Shown piece after piece: positions 31,786-41,744 of a stretch of DNA of 64,000 nucleotides. Source of the DNA: Thermoplasmatota archaeon (GTDB lineage: Archaea; Thermoplasmatota; Poseidoniia; MGIII; CG-Epi1); NCBI GenBank assembly GCA_036148495.1, contig JAYYHK010000036.1, forward strand, positions 2,125 to 66,124, given 5' to 3'. Every line of letters starts with the position of its first letter. Positions within the stretch are counted from its first letter, which is position 1. Both the position numbers and the translations under genes were made by a program. Below the pieces are notes generated by a model. The model searched no databases, was not told where the DNA came from, and was given only the letters and a program-made list of their open reading frames with translations.

Positions 31786-32010
31786 ATGAGTGTAAGCAGG
31801 CTACTGTCTGAAAAGCTTTCAAGCTTCGAAAAGTACAATAACAAAGAATTGTATAATTTCGGTTCAGGTAGCTTCAGTTCTATGATAATGAGTAGATTAA
31901 TTCCTGGAACCATTGGTTTCATAGCTTTAAACGATTCTATAGACTACACTATATCTTTAACATACTTTACATTGAACTTTGAAAACATAAGGGAGATTGT
32001 AGAAATATGA
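31786..32010 (+). CDS. Hypothetical small protein (74 aa)
   Basis: An ORF filling the nrdJ-taw1 gap with no recognisable motif. Whether it codes is uncertain. Confidence 0.3.
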   Translation: MSVSRLLSEKLSSFEKYNNKELYNFGSGSFSSMIMSRLIPGTIGFIALNDSIDYTISLTYFTLNFENIREIVEI

Positions 32011-33098
32011 TGGAAACAAATTCAAAAAATAGAAATATAGGCAAGATACCCAAGGAAAATTTACGAGAACCAGATGGGGAGGAGAGAAACCTTCTTTTCA
32101 CAGATGAATATAAAGAAGCCTTAGAAAAAGCATCATATGAAATAGTAGGTAATCACTCTGCAGTCGAAATTTGTGGATGGACTAAAAAGACAATTAAAGG
32201 TTCTGAAGGAGGGTGTTACAAGCAAAAATTTTATGGCATAAGATCGCATCAGTGTACTCAGATGACACCAGCAGCAGTAGCTTGTGATCAAAAGTGTGTA
32301 TACTGTTGGCGTGTAAACGAAATGTTTTCAGGAAAACAAGATTTAATGGAGTATGCAAAAGATGATCCTGCAGATATTGTGCAAGGCTCAATTGAGGGAC
32401 ATCTAAGGAAAATTTCTGGTTTTGGTGGAAATCCAAATGTAGACCAACAAAAAGTTCTAGAATCTAAAACAGTTCGCCATTTTGCGATTTCATTAACAGG
32501 AGAACCCACTCTTTACAGTAGGCTTCCTGAAATGTTACGCGAATTAAGGGAACGTAAAATTTCTTCATTTTTGGTGACTAACGGCTTACATCCTGAAATG
32601 ATTGAAAGGCTCAGGGATGAGGATTCTCTACCCACACAACTTTACATGTCACTTGACGCGCCGGACGAGAGAACCTGGAAAAGAATTGATGTTCCTTTAG
32701 TACCTAATTTTTGGGACAAAGTCAAAAGTACTTTGAAATTAATGGACGGTTTGAAGACTCGTAAAGTCCTTCGCATGACAGTAGTTAAGGGATGGAATGA
32801 TTTTGATGTTGCAGGCTACGCCAAACTCATTAGGATGGCAGGGGAAAGAGTCATGATCGAAGTTAAATCATACATGCATATTGGTCCAGCTCGTGAGCGT
32901 CTAAGTAAAGATAATATGCTAACTTATGATGAGGTTTTAAATTTTTCTAATGCCTTGGCTTCAGAATTAGGGTGGAAAGTAATTGATGAGGCGCCCAACA
33001 GTTTAATTGCGTTGGTCGCAGAAGAGGATTGGGATGGTCGAGTAATTGATTTCGGAGACCCTCTTACAGGTCATTTAGAAAGTACATTTGAGTGTTAG
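32007..33098 (+). CDS. taw1: tRNA 4-demethylwyosine synthase (radical SAM, TYW1/Taw1)
   Basis: VEICGWTKKTIKGSEGGCYKQKFYGIRSHQCTQMTPAAVACDQKCVYCWR matches the TYW1 cysteine cluster. Confidence 0.9.
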   Translation: MMETNSKNRNIGKIPKENLREPDGEERNLLFTDEYKEALEKASYEIVGNHSAVEICGWTKKTIKGSEGGCYKQKFYGIRSHQCTQMTPAAVACDQKCVYCWRVNEMFSGKQDLMEYAKDDPADIVQGSIEGHLRKISGFGGNPNVDQQKVLESKTVRHFAISLTGEPTLYSRLPEMLRELRERKISSFLVTNGLHPEMIERLRDEDSLPTQLYMSLDAPDERTWKRIDVPLVPNFWDKVKSTLKLMDGLKTRKVLRMTVVKGWNDFDVAGYAKLIRMAGERVMIEVKSYMHIGPARERLSKDNMLTYDEVLNFSNALASELGWKVIDEAPNSLIALVAEEDWDGRVIDFGDPLTGHLESTFEC

Positions 33099-33135
33099 TC
33101 AAAAAAGGTAAATAGTACTAGCACAGACTCATTTT

Positions 33136-33900
33136 GTGGATTATATTGATGGAATAGGGAATGCCTTCAAGAAATACATAGGAAAAAATTCAGTAGAAAG
33201 TCTCCAGGAATCTATCAACCAAAAACCGATGATATTGATCGCAGGTGATCAATTAACGGGAAAGTCGACTCAGGCTAAAAATTTAGCAGAAGAATTTAAT
33301 GGGATATTTCATTCAGTAGGTAATTTATTTCGTGAGGTTGCAGCCAAACGAGGTATTACAGTTGCTCAACAAGCTAAGTTATTGCTAACTGAGAGAGGAA
33401 TAGACGTCGAAATAGACTACAAAACTTGCGAAATGATATCTGGAAAGGATATTGAAACTGAAATTGGAGTAATCGAGGGAAGACAACCAGCTTACATGGG
33501 AAGTTTCATGCAAAATTTAGGTAAAAAAAATATAGTCCGTATATACTTTCAATGTTCGATAAGGGATCAAGCACTTCGCTTTCTTCGTAGAGAAATAGGT
33601 GAAGATGCTTATCAAAAAGGATTAAAAAATGTTCCAAATGTAAATTACGAAAATTTGGAATCTTTAAGAGAAGAAATCATAAACTTACAACTAGATGATG
33701 GTCATGACGTAATTGAAAAGTTTGTTGAAAACCAGAATCGTGATGGAGATGATAGAGCTAGGTATTCTTCATTATATGGTTTTGACTATGGCAACTTGTC
33801 AGGGTATGATATAGTTGTCAATACATCTAATAAAGAAGCAGATCAAGTATTTTCTGAAGTAGTCAATGAGTTAGAAAAATTTGGCTTCAAAATAAATTAA
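33136..33900 (+). CDS. P-loop nucleoside-monophosphate kinase-like protein (adenylate/cytidylate-kinase fold) with a C-terminal extension
   Basis: ILIAGDQLTGKSTQAKNLAEEFNGIFHSVGNLFRE resembles the GxxGxGKxTQ and downstream motifs of AK/Cmk. Confidence 0.5.
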   Translation: MDYIDGIGNAFKKYIGKNSVESLQESINQKPMILIAGDQLTGKSTQAKNLAEEFNGIFHSVGNLFREVAAKRGITVAQQAKLLLTERGIDVEIDYKTCEMISGKDIETEIGVIEGRQPAYMGSFMQNLGKKNIVRIYFQCSIRDQALRFLRREIGEDAYQKGLKNVPNVNYENLESLREEIINLQLDDGHDVIEKFVENQNRDGDDRARYSSLYGFDYGNLSGYDIVVNTSNKEADQVFSEVVNELEKFGFKIN

Positions 33901-33923
33901 TAGCACCCTACCTGTGACTAACT

Positions 33924-35384
33924 GTGGATTTATCTGTTAATGAAGTAAAACTGCTTAAAGTTCTCAAAAATGGAACTCTTTCACCGGAGGCAGCTTCGCT
34001 AGAATCAAATCTTGGCGATAAGGAGACAATGTCTGCAGCCTCATGGTTGAGGAGTAAAGGATTGGTTGAAATTTCTGAAACCTCAACAAAATATTACTCG
34101 ACAAATGAAGAGGGAAAAAGGTATGCTGAACAGGGTTTACCAGAGAGGCGCGCAGTAGAATGGCTCAATCAAGCAGGTGATTCATTACTTTCAGAGCTGC
34201 CTTTGCATGATGATGAAAGCAAAGTAGTAATCGGGTGGCTTAAGAGAAAAAACTTTGCAGAACTGGAAAAGACAGAAGAAGGTCTAAGACTTATTCCTAC
34301 AGGGAATCTAGATGAAACTTCTGATGAGCCTTTACTTTTGATGCTCAGTAAATCACCGTTATCAGAAAAAGAAATAGATCAAGAAGCTCTTAAATTGTTG
34401 AAAGGAAGACAATTACTTAATATTAAAGAAGAAGTAGAGAGGACTTTTACTTTAACAGAAGAGGGCAGTTCGTTCGATTTAGAAAGTTTGAATGATGATT
34501 TGATTGGTGATTTAACTCCAGAACTAATTCAGTCAGGTGAATGGAAAGATAAGTCATTTCAGAGATATGGTGTTGAAACTAAAGTAGAGGTGAGCGATTT
34601 TTCTACACTACATCCCTTAACTAGGTTTACTGAAGAAATTCGAAATATTTTTTTACAAATGGGTTTTACGGAAATAGAGGGAGACTATGTAGAATCAGCA
34701 TTTTGGAATATGGATGCTCTATTCATTCCTCAAGATCATCCAGCGCGTGAATTACAAGATACATTTTATTTGTCTGAACCAGCGTCTTTTGTAATTAATG
34801 AGAAGGAAATTTTAGAAGCTGTTAAACAAATTCATGAAGATGGAGGTAATACAGGTTCTAAGGGATGGGGTACTAATTGGAGTAAGGAGAATGCACAGCA
34901 AGCCCTCCTAAGGACACATACGACAGTGGGAACTATAAGATACTTAGCAGATAATCCTTCACCTCCAGCGAGAGTTTTTAGTGTTGGAAGAGTATTTCGA
35001 AGGGAAGCCCTAGATTCTACACACTTACCTGAGTTCACGCAAGTAGAGGGAATTATAGTTGAGCCTGAGGCAAACTTTGGAATGTTAATAGGAGTGCTTA
35101 AAGAATTTTACAGACGAATGGGATTTAATGATGTACGAGTTCGACCTGCTTATTTCCCATATACAGAGCCTTCTTTAGAAGTAGAAGTTAAGTTCGGTAA
35201 TAAATGGCTTGAATTAGGAGGAGCTGGGATTTTTAGGCCTGAAGTAACTGCACCATTCGAATTGGACTGCCCAGTTCTAGCTTGGGGTTTAGGTTTAGAA
35301 AGATTAGCTATGTTACATCTTGATATCAAAGATATTAGAATGCTTTATCAAAGCGATTTAAAATGGCTTAAAGAAACAATTTAG
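33924..35384 (+). CDS. pheS: Phenylalanyl-tRNA synthetase alpha subunit (archaeal type)
   Basis: Class II motifs are present, including FRPEVTAPFELDCPVLAWGLGLERLAML. The length of 486 aa is typical of archaeal PheS. Confidence 0.95.
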   Translation: MDLSVNEVKLLKVLKNGTLSPEAASLESNLGDKETMSAASWLRSKGLVEISETSTKYYSTNEEGKRYAEQGLPERRAVEWLNQAGDSLLSELPLHDDESKVVIGWLKRKNFAELEKTEEGLRLIPTGNLDETSDEPLLLMLSKSPLSEKEIDQEALKLLKGRQLLNIKEEVERTFTLTEEGSSFDLESLNDDLIGDLTPELIQSGEWKDKSFQRYGVETKVEVSDFSTLHPLTRFTEEIRNIFLQMGFTEIEGDYVESAFWNMDALFIPQDHPARELQDTFYLSEPASFVINEKEILEAVKQIHEDGGNTGSKGWGTNWSKENAQQALLRTHTTVGTIRYLADNPSPPARVFSVGRVFRREALDSTHLPEFTQVEGIIVEPEANFGMLIGVLKEFYRRMGFNDVRVRPAYFPYTEPSLEVEVKFGNKWLELGGAGIFRPEVTAPFELDCPVLAWGLGLERLAMLHLDIKDIRMLYQSDLKWLKETI

Positions 35385-35569
35385 TCTATACTAATACTAA
35401 CTTTTTTGATAACTATGTTTTCTCCTCTCTGAATGAAAGTCACGTAACACTCTCCAGGAACTAGCCCCAAGTCTTCTTCCACCCATTTAGGTAAGTATAT
35501 TCTTCTATTGATATCATATTTTTTAACATCAGTTATTGGCATACTCATATTCTTACACTGAGTAACCAC
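35381..35569 (-). CDS. AbrB/SpoVT-like swapped-hairpin DNA-binding protein
   Basis: RRIYLPKWVEEDLGLVPGECYVTFIQRGENIVIKKV fits the AbrB/MazE pattern. The protein is 62 aa. Confidence 0.5.
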   Translation of the reverse strand: MVTQCKNMSMPITDVKKYDINRRIYLPKWVEEDLGLVPGECYVTFIQRGENIVIKKVSISID

Positions 35570-35639
35570 TCTAAAAGGGTTTTGGACATTTAGGTTATTA
35601 AGGTGTTAATTTTATCATCCCCATTTACTATTAACTTGT

Positions 35640-36614
35640 ATGAGTTCAATACGTATTGCGGTTACCGGGGCTGCAGGTCAAATAGGATATAGTTTACTCC
35701 CCAGAATTGCAGCTGGCGAGATGTTTGGTTTGGATAAAAAAATTTCTTTACAACTTTTAGAAATTCCTCCTGCGTTGGAAGCGTTAAAAGGTGTAGCAAT
35801 GGAACTTGACGATTGTGCATTTCCTCTATTAGAAGAAATTATAGTAACTTCAGATTCAGCTGAGGCTTTCAAAGATGCAAACCTTTGTCTGTTGGTTGGT
35901 AGTAAGCCTCGCGGGCCAGGGATGGAGCGCTCAGACTTATTGAAAGACAACGGTAAAATTTTTGTGGGGCAAGGCAAAGCGATCGCTGAAAATGCAGCAG
36001 ATGATTGTAGAATAGTAGTGGTAGGTAATCCATGCAATACAAATTGTATGATAGCAGCCTCCCAATCTAATCGTTTTGATAACGATAGATTCACAGCAAT
36101 GACTCGTTTAGATGAAAACAGGGCAGTGTCAATGCTAGCAAAGAAAGCTAATGTAACTGTTGAAGATGTGAACGGACTTGCCATCTTTGGTAATCATAGT
36201 CCAACAATGTTCCCGGATTACTCCAATACTTATATTTCAGGCGAAACAGCAGTTGACGTAATTAGCGATGAGCAATGGTTACAAGACGAATACATACCAG
36301 CAGTTGCAAAGAGGGGTGCAGCCATCATCAAGGCAAGAGGTCTTTCTAGTGCAGCTTCAGCTGCAAATGCGTTAATTAATCATGTTCAGAGCCTTTACAC
36401 TGTGAGCGATAAAATACATTCGATAGTAGTTTGTAGTGAGGGACAGTATGGTTTTGCAAAAGGAGTGTGGGCAGGAATGCCAGTTAAGACAGTTTCTCCC
36501 GGTAAATACGAAGTAATTGAGAATTACGAGCACGATGATTTTGCCAAGGAGGCACTAACTAAGACTAATGAAGAATTAGTTTCTGAAAGAGAATTGGTTT
36601 CAGAATATCTTTAA
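35640..36614 (+). CDS. mdh: Malate dehydrogenase (NAD, cytosolic/Thermus-type)
   Basis: The N-terminus [26 protein letters not shown]...[28 protein letters not shown] is near-identical in pattern to type-2 MDH. Confidence 0.9.
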   Translation: MSSIRIAVTGAAGQIGYSLLPRIAAGEMFGLDKKISLQLLEIPPALEALKGVAMELDDCAFPLLEEIIVTSDSAEAFKDANLCLLVGSKPRGPGMERSDLLKDNGKIFVGQGKAIAENAADDCRIVVVGNPCNTNCMIAASQSNRFDNDRFTAMTRLDENRAVSMLAKKANVTVEDVNGLAIFGNHSPTMFPDYSNTYISGETAVDVISDEQWLQDEYIPAVAKRGAAIIKARGLSSAASAANALINHVQSLYTVSDKIHSIVVCSEGQYGFAKGVWAGMPVKTVSPGKYEVIENYEHDDFAKEALTKTNEELVSERELVSEYL

Positions 36615-38185
36615 TCAGGTCCAGCTTTAGAGTAATCGCCAAAGCTTTCATACTTTACGAAGTTATTTTTGAATAGAGTAATTAATTCATTTGCTTTCAA
36701 ATCATATGCCTCTTTATCATTCCAAGTATTTTTAGGATTTAAAATAGTAGAATCAACACCAGGAACTTCGTTCGGAATTAAGATTTTAAAATTAGGATCT
36801 GGTGAAAAGCTCGCATCATCAAGCTTACCTTCTAAAATCGCAGTCAACATTTTTCTGGTGAGGGGTAAATCTATTCTTTCTCCGGTACCATAAGCTCCTC
36901 CACTCCACCCTGTATTTACTAGCCAAGCCTGAGCATTATGTTTTTTCAATTTATTACCCAGTAGCTCAGCATATGTTGTAGGAAACTGTGGCATGAAAGG
37001 CGCGCCAAAACATGTGGAAAATGTAGCTACAGGTTCGGTTATGCCTCTTTCAGTACCTGCCACTTTTGCAGTGTATCCGCTCAAAAAGTGGTACATGGCC
37101 ATTTCAGGAGTTAATTTCGATATAGGTGGTAAGACACCAAAAGCATCACAAGTAAGAAAAATGACATTTTTTGGATGTCCTCCTTTTTCAGAATGTTCTA
37201 TGTTACTGATGTGGTTAATAGGATACGACACACGAGTGTTTTCGGTTATTGTTCCGTCGTCATAATCTACCACGCCATCATCATCAGTAATTACATTCTC
37301 AAGCAATGCTCCAGGTTTAATTGCATTAAAAATATCAGGTTCTTTTTTAGGGTTTAATTTTATCGTTTTAGCATAACACCCACCTTCAAAATTAAAAATA
37401 CCTTCATCAGACCATCCGTGCTCATCGTCACCAATTAGCCTTCTGTTTGGATCGGTTGAAAGGGTTGTTTTTCCAGTTCCACTTAGTCCAAAGAATAAAG
37501 CAGAATCATCATTCTCACCTATATTGGCAGAGCAATGCATTGGCATAACGCCCTTCAGAGGCAAGTAAAAATTTAGAGCTGAGAATATCGATTTTTTAAT
37601 TTCTCCAGCATATTCAGTCCCTCCAATTATGGCCATTTTCTTCTTCAGATTTAGTACGATAAAAACTTTTGAATTTAATCCTAATTCTTCCCAATTCCCA
37701 ATATTTGTGGAGGGTGCACTCAGTACAGTAAATTCAGGATTTAAATTTTCTATTTCACTTTTCGTTGGTCTAATAAACATGTTGTGTGAGAAATGACCTT
37801 GCCACGCCATCATTGTAACTACTCTCAATGGTAGCCTGTACCTCTCATCAGCCCCAGCAAATCCATCAAATACAAAAAGATCTTTATGCTCCATTTCCTT
37901 TTTGACAGCTTTCTCTAGAACATCAAACGATTCTTCACTTAGGGGTAAATTTACGTCTCCCCAGTCAATCAAGTTTTCTGTTTCCTCCTCTTTAACAATA
38001 AATCGGTCGTTTGGAGATCTTCCGGTATATATTCCCGTGTTAATAATTACAGTTCCGTTTGAGGAAAGTCTGCCCTCATTTCGATTCAATTCTTCATTTC
38101 GCCATTCCTCTTGTGTAAGATTTGACTTAACTGATGAGGGTTTTATTCCCATCAATTTTAACTGATGAAGCATACCACTTCGCAC
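36611..38185 (-). CDS. pckA: Phosphoenolpyruvate carboxykinase (ATP)
   Basis: The kinase-1a motif [11 protein letters not shown] is present, and the length of 524 aa is typical of PckA. Confidence 0.95.
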   Translation of the reverse strand: MRSGMLHQLKLMGIKPSSVKSNLTQEEWRNEELNRNEGRLSSNGTVIINTGIYTGRSPNDRFIVKEEETENLIDWGDVNLPLSEESFDVLEKAVKKEMEHKDLFVFDGFAGADERYRLPLRVVTMMAWQGHFSHNMFIRPTKSEIENLNPEFTVLSAPSTNIGNWEELGLNSKVFIVLNLKKKMAIIGGTEYAGEIKKSIFSALNFYLPLKGVMPMHCSANIGENDDSALFFGLSGTGKTTLSTDPNRRLIGDDEHGWSDEGIFNFEGGCYAKTIKLNPKKEPDIFNAIKPGALLENVITDDDGVVDYDDGTITENTRVSYPINHISNIEHSEKGGHPKNVIFLTCDAFGVLPPISKLTPEMAMYHFLSGYTAKVAGTERGITEPVATFSTCFGAPFMPQFPTTYAELLGNKLKKHNAQAWLVNTGWSGGAYGTGERIDLPLTRKMLTAILEGKLDDASFSPDPNFKILIPNEVPGVDSTILNPKNTWNDKEAYDLKANELITLFKNNFVKYESFGDYSKAGPD

Positions 38186-38352
38186 ACGATATTGTATTTA
38201 TAATTGAGGTATGTTTTTCAACCTTCAAAATGCTTATAAAGATAGATTATAGATTATATAAAATTGCCTTTAAGTCTTTATTTGGGGCTACCTAATGGCC
38301 TTAAGTAGAAAAATGGCTTTTAACGTTAAACCTCGTGTAAGTGAGACCTTTT

Positions 38353-38429
38353 CTGGGCCGGTGGTCTAGGGGTTATGACGTCGCCCTTACAAGGCGAAGA
38401 TCGGCGGTTCGATTCCGCCCCGGCCCACC
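38353..38429 (+). tRNA. tRNA-Val (anticodon UAC) with genomically encoded 3' CCA
   Basis: The acceptor stem GGGCCGG/CCGGCCC, T-arm GGCGG-TTCGATT-CCGCC and anticodon arm GUCGCC-CUUACAA-GGCGA fold by hand into a cloverleaf, followed by ACCA. Confidence 0.9.
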
Positions 38430-38448
38430 ATTCTCGTCGTAAGCAAAA

Positions 38449-39181
38449 AATGCTAGGTCAAAATTTTTTAATAGATTCTAACATTTCCAAAAGAATAGTA
38501 GATTCGGCTGAGATTTCAGAGGGTGAAAAGGTATTAGAGATTGGCCCCGGAAGAGGAGCACTTACAGGACTATTATCTTCAAAAGGAAATTTAATAGCTA
38601 TTGAGAAAGATAAATGGCTAGCTGTAGTACTAAAACAAAAATTTAAAGAAAATGTAGAGATTATTGAAGGAGATATTCTAAAATGGGATGTACCTCCTAT
38701 AGACGTTATAGTTGCTAACTTACCATATTCAATTTCGTCACCAATTCTATTCAGATTATTTAATTATGAATGGACTCGAGCAGTTTTGATGTTTCAAGAA
38801 GAGTTTGCAAATCGTTTAGTTGCAAAACCGGGCTCCAAAATCTATGGTCGCTTATCTGTGATGGCAAATCACTTCGTAGATACTAAGAAGTTGTTTAAAG
38901 TATCTAAGACTGCCTTTCAGCCTCAGCCTAAGATTCATTCACAAGTAGTAAAGTTAGTTCGCAGAGAACCAGATTATGCATTAGATGATTTTGACACCTT
39001 TGAAAAAGTAGTTAAATCAATATTTACACATAGAAGGAAGAAAGTACGGAATTGTATAAAGTTGACTTTTCCTAATCTCGTTCTTGATAACTTAAATTAT
39101 ATGGATTTAAGGGCTGAGATTCTTACTCCTTCTGAAATTGCCGAGTTATCAAATTCAATCTTTCAACTCAAATTAAAATAA
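38449..39181 (+). CDS. ksgA: 16S rRNA (adenine1518/1519-N6)-dimethyltransferase KsgA/Dim1
   Basis: MLGQNFLID...LEIGPGRGALT and NLPY catalytic motifs. The ORF-track start at 38375 lies inside the tRNA, so the start is trimmed to the ATG at 38449. Confidence 0.9.
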
Positions 39182-39511
39182 TTTCTTTAACAAAAGCATA
39201 TCAGTTAAACTAGCTTTTACCTTCAAATCACCTGTCATATATGCTTTGATTGGTGACATTTCCTTATTAATTAAAGCAACTAAAACATCAGATGTTGCAG
39301 TTACAACTAGGTCTTTATTTGTGTCTTCAGATTCAACAAAAGGGTCTAATTGCATATCTTTTAAATTCGAAATATAATTTTCACCATCTGAAACTGAAAT
39401 ACAAATACTTCTTTCCTTCCCCTCTATTACACCAGAAAATTTTGGTTCATCTTTTATTCGACGGTTAAATTCTGATACTTTCTCATCCAATATTTTTTTT
39501 ATATTATTCAT
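39173..39511 (-). CDS. SCP2 sterol-carrier-like domain protein
   Basis: The C-terminal KAYMTGDLKVKASLTDMLLLKKLF matches the SCP2 consensus. Confidence 0.65.
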   Translation of the reverse strand: MNNIKKILDEKVSEFNRRIKDEPKFSGVIEGKERSICISVSDGENYISNLKDMQLDPFVESEDTNKDLVVTATSDVLVALINKEMSPIKAYMTGDLKVKASLTDMLLLKKLF

Positions 39512-40153
39512 CTAGTCACCGAAATCACTAAGTTTTACTACAGGCCTAATCCGTTCAATTGTTTTCCAACTTTTGCGAGTACCTGGAGGCCACCTTGAAT
39601 TATCATGAAAGTAGCTCTTCAAAAACTTAATTGTCCTTTCATCAGAGGGGTAACCACTTCCAAAGTCCCCTATTTCTTTTTTAAGTTTTTTGATTTCTAG
39701 CTCTCTAGTTTCTTTAGCTATTATTGATGCAGCAGCCACTACAGGAATCATGCTGTCCGCTTTGTGCATGGAAATAACGTCTGTGTCATTTGGATTAGTC
39801 AAGTTTATTTTGATTTCTCTTCCAAATCTTTCTTCGTTGACATCAGCAGCATCTACGTATGCTACATTTGGATTCAGTTTACTAATTACTTTTTCAAAAG
39901 CTTTCCTATTAAGCAGGTTAAGTTGGTTTTTCATCCTATATTCATCAATTTTTTCAACGTTAATAATTTCAATTTCATAGCTATAATTCTGTTTAATCAG
40001 ATTGAAAAGTTTTAACCTTCTTTGAGAACTGAGTAGTTTCGAATCCTTGAACCCTAAATTTTCAACTAGTTTAGCGTTTTCAACTGAAACTGCAGCAACG
40101 ACCATCGGGCCCATAACTGGACCTTTTCCGGCTTCATCCACTCCACAAATCAT
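39512..40153 (-). CDS. rnhB: Ribonuclease HII
   Basis: MICGVDEAGKGPVMGP (GIDEAGRGP motif) and a length of 213 aa. Confidence 0.95.
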   Translation of the reverse strand: MICGVDEAGKGPVMGPMVVAAVSVENAKLVENLGFKDSKLLSSQRRLKLFNLIKQNYSYEIEIINVEKIDEYRMKNQLNLLNRKAFEKVISKLNPNVAYVDAADVNEERFGREIKINLTNPNDTDVISMHKADSMIPVVAAASIIAKETRELEIKKLKKEIGDFGSGYPSDERTIKFLKSYFHDNSRWPPGTRKSWKTIERIRPVVKLSDFGD

Positions 40154-41361
40154 GTTTCTAGAACCAAATTAGCCCATTTTCGAGCCATGAAATATATTGC
40201 CGCCTTTTCGGGAACTTCAACAACCGAATCAGGCATCAGCTTTGCTATATTTCCCATAGATACTGGGTAATTAACGATAGATCTAATTTTTGTAGCTTTA
40301 TCACCAAAAACGGTTGCTTTTTTCATAGGATCAAAATTCTCTAACTCCTTAGTGTTAATGGTTGTGACTCTCAAACCAGAGCCGCCATGCAAAGACCCAG
40401 GTAATCTTATCAATCTGTGAACATCTCCCGTAACTGGTTCATCGGGGAAAATTGCAGCTTCTTTAATTGCTGTACGAACTAAATGTCTCTGAGTTCCCTT
40501 GGATAAGGAATTAAAAATATTTTCAGTATCTTCATTTAGATTAATATTTGACTTTCCAAGCTTCAACTCTTTCAATTTTCCGTTTAATTCATCATCGCTT
40601 GTTGATTTTAGATTGTTAATTAAAGCAGTTATTTTTCTTGATATAATACCACTCCATCCCTTTGCTTTCAGTGAGGGTAATTTTTTTACGCCAAGATTTT
40701 TACGTTCGATACCTTTTCCTCTGATTGCAAATTCTTTAGTGTATCCAGCATCTACCAAGATGTTTTCTAAATTTAAACCCTTTCCGGTCATATAATCAGA
40801 AAGCTCTCTTCTTGCACCAGAAGGTAGGGAAAGCACAGACGGGGTTCGCACGTGGACATGATATCCTCTACCCCCACTAAAGGTGATGAGCAAGTCTCTT
40901 TCGTCCAGAGCAAAATCACCTAACAAAATGTCGTGAACGAGCCTGAAAGTCTGCTCGCGAATGTAATCCATTAATTTAGAGAATGTAATTTTCCCCTTTT
41001 TTACATCTTCCATCTCAGGCAAATGATCTGCATCTAAATCAAAAATTAAATCAGCCCCTTGCCACTTTTTTTCTATCATAGTCTTACTTCCAGGATCACT
41101 GTAATATGCAACGGAATGGTATGAATGGGCAGGTGCAGTATTTTCTAGATAAGCTTTAATTTCATTTATTGTGCTGAAACGAACATGTCTATTCATCACA
41201 CCACCACCCCATTTAAGAAATCCCCACTCTCTAGCAGTAAATCTTGGTGGAAGCATAATATCTGCGGACCTATAATATTCACGAAATTTTTCTTGTAAAA
41301 AATCTTTTGTCTTAATTGGCTCAATTTCTTTGAGTAGGCTCATTTCAAATAAGTCTCCCAT
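40150..41361 (-). CDS. priS: DNA primase small (catalytic) subunit PriS
   Basis: The catalytic DLIFDLDADH and the FSGGRGYHVHV motif. Confidence 0.85.
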   Translation of the reverse strand: MGDLFEMSLLKEIEPIKTKDFLQEKFREYYRSADIMLPPRFTAREWGFLKWGGGVMNRHVRFSTINEIKAYLENTAPAHSYHSVAYYSDPGSKTMIEKKWQGADLIFDLDADHLPEMEDVKKGKITFSKLMDYIREQTFRLVHDILLGDFALDERDLLITFSGGRGYHVHVRTPSVLSLPSGARRELSDYMTGKGLNLENILVDAGYTKEFAIRGKGIERKNLGVKKLPSLKAKGWSGIISRKITALINNLKSTSDDELNGKLKELKLGKSNINLNEDTENIFNSLSKGTQRHLVRTAIKEAAIFPDEPVTGDVHRLIRLPGSLHGGSGLRVTTINTKELENFDPMKKATVFGDKATKIRSIVNYPVSMGNIAKLMPDSVVEVPEKAAIYFMARKWANLVLET

Positions 41362-41744
41362 TTTGATTTAGCTCGAAAGATGCCTTGGCTCAACCATCCA
41401 TTTCTCAGCTTTTGAGTAATGGTATATTCCCATGGTTTTCTTGGTAAAGATGATGCAAAATGTCTTAATAGTTCATTCTCTAAATTTTTTTCCTTAGACT
41501 CTAGTTCGATACAACTAATATTCCCAGAACTGGGTTTTTCTTCCCAAATATCTGTTTTAATTTTAAAGTTTTCTGTGTCATACTTGTAAACCATGGCGGT
41601 CTTTTCGTGGGCAATTACGAAGGATACTTTGGTGTGCGTACGTCTTTCTGTAGTCCTTTTATAATTGTATTCCTTCTTATCTAAAAGTTTTCGAAATGAA
41701 GCTGCAGTTGTTCTTGATTCAAAACATACAGGTAATTTTACCAA
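41340..41744 (-). CDS. Hypothetical protein (134 aa) between pheT and priS
   Basis: An ORF overlapping both neighbours with no recognised motif. Confidence 0.45.
   Translation of the reverse strand: MVKLPVCFESRTTAASFRKLLDKKEYNYKRTTERRTHTKVSFVIAHEKTAMVYKYDTENFKIKTDIWEEKPSSGNISCIELESKEKNLENELLRHFASSLPRKPWEYTITQKLRNGWLSQGIFRAKSKWETYLK

Noticed and set aside
38375-38448. N-terminal extension of ksgA suggested by the ORF track
   Set aside because: It would begin inside tRNA-Val. KsgA homology starts at MLGQNFLID (ATG 38449).
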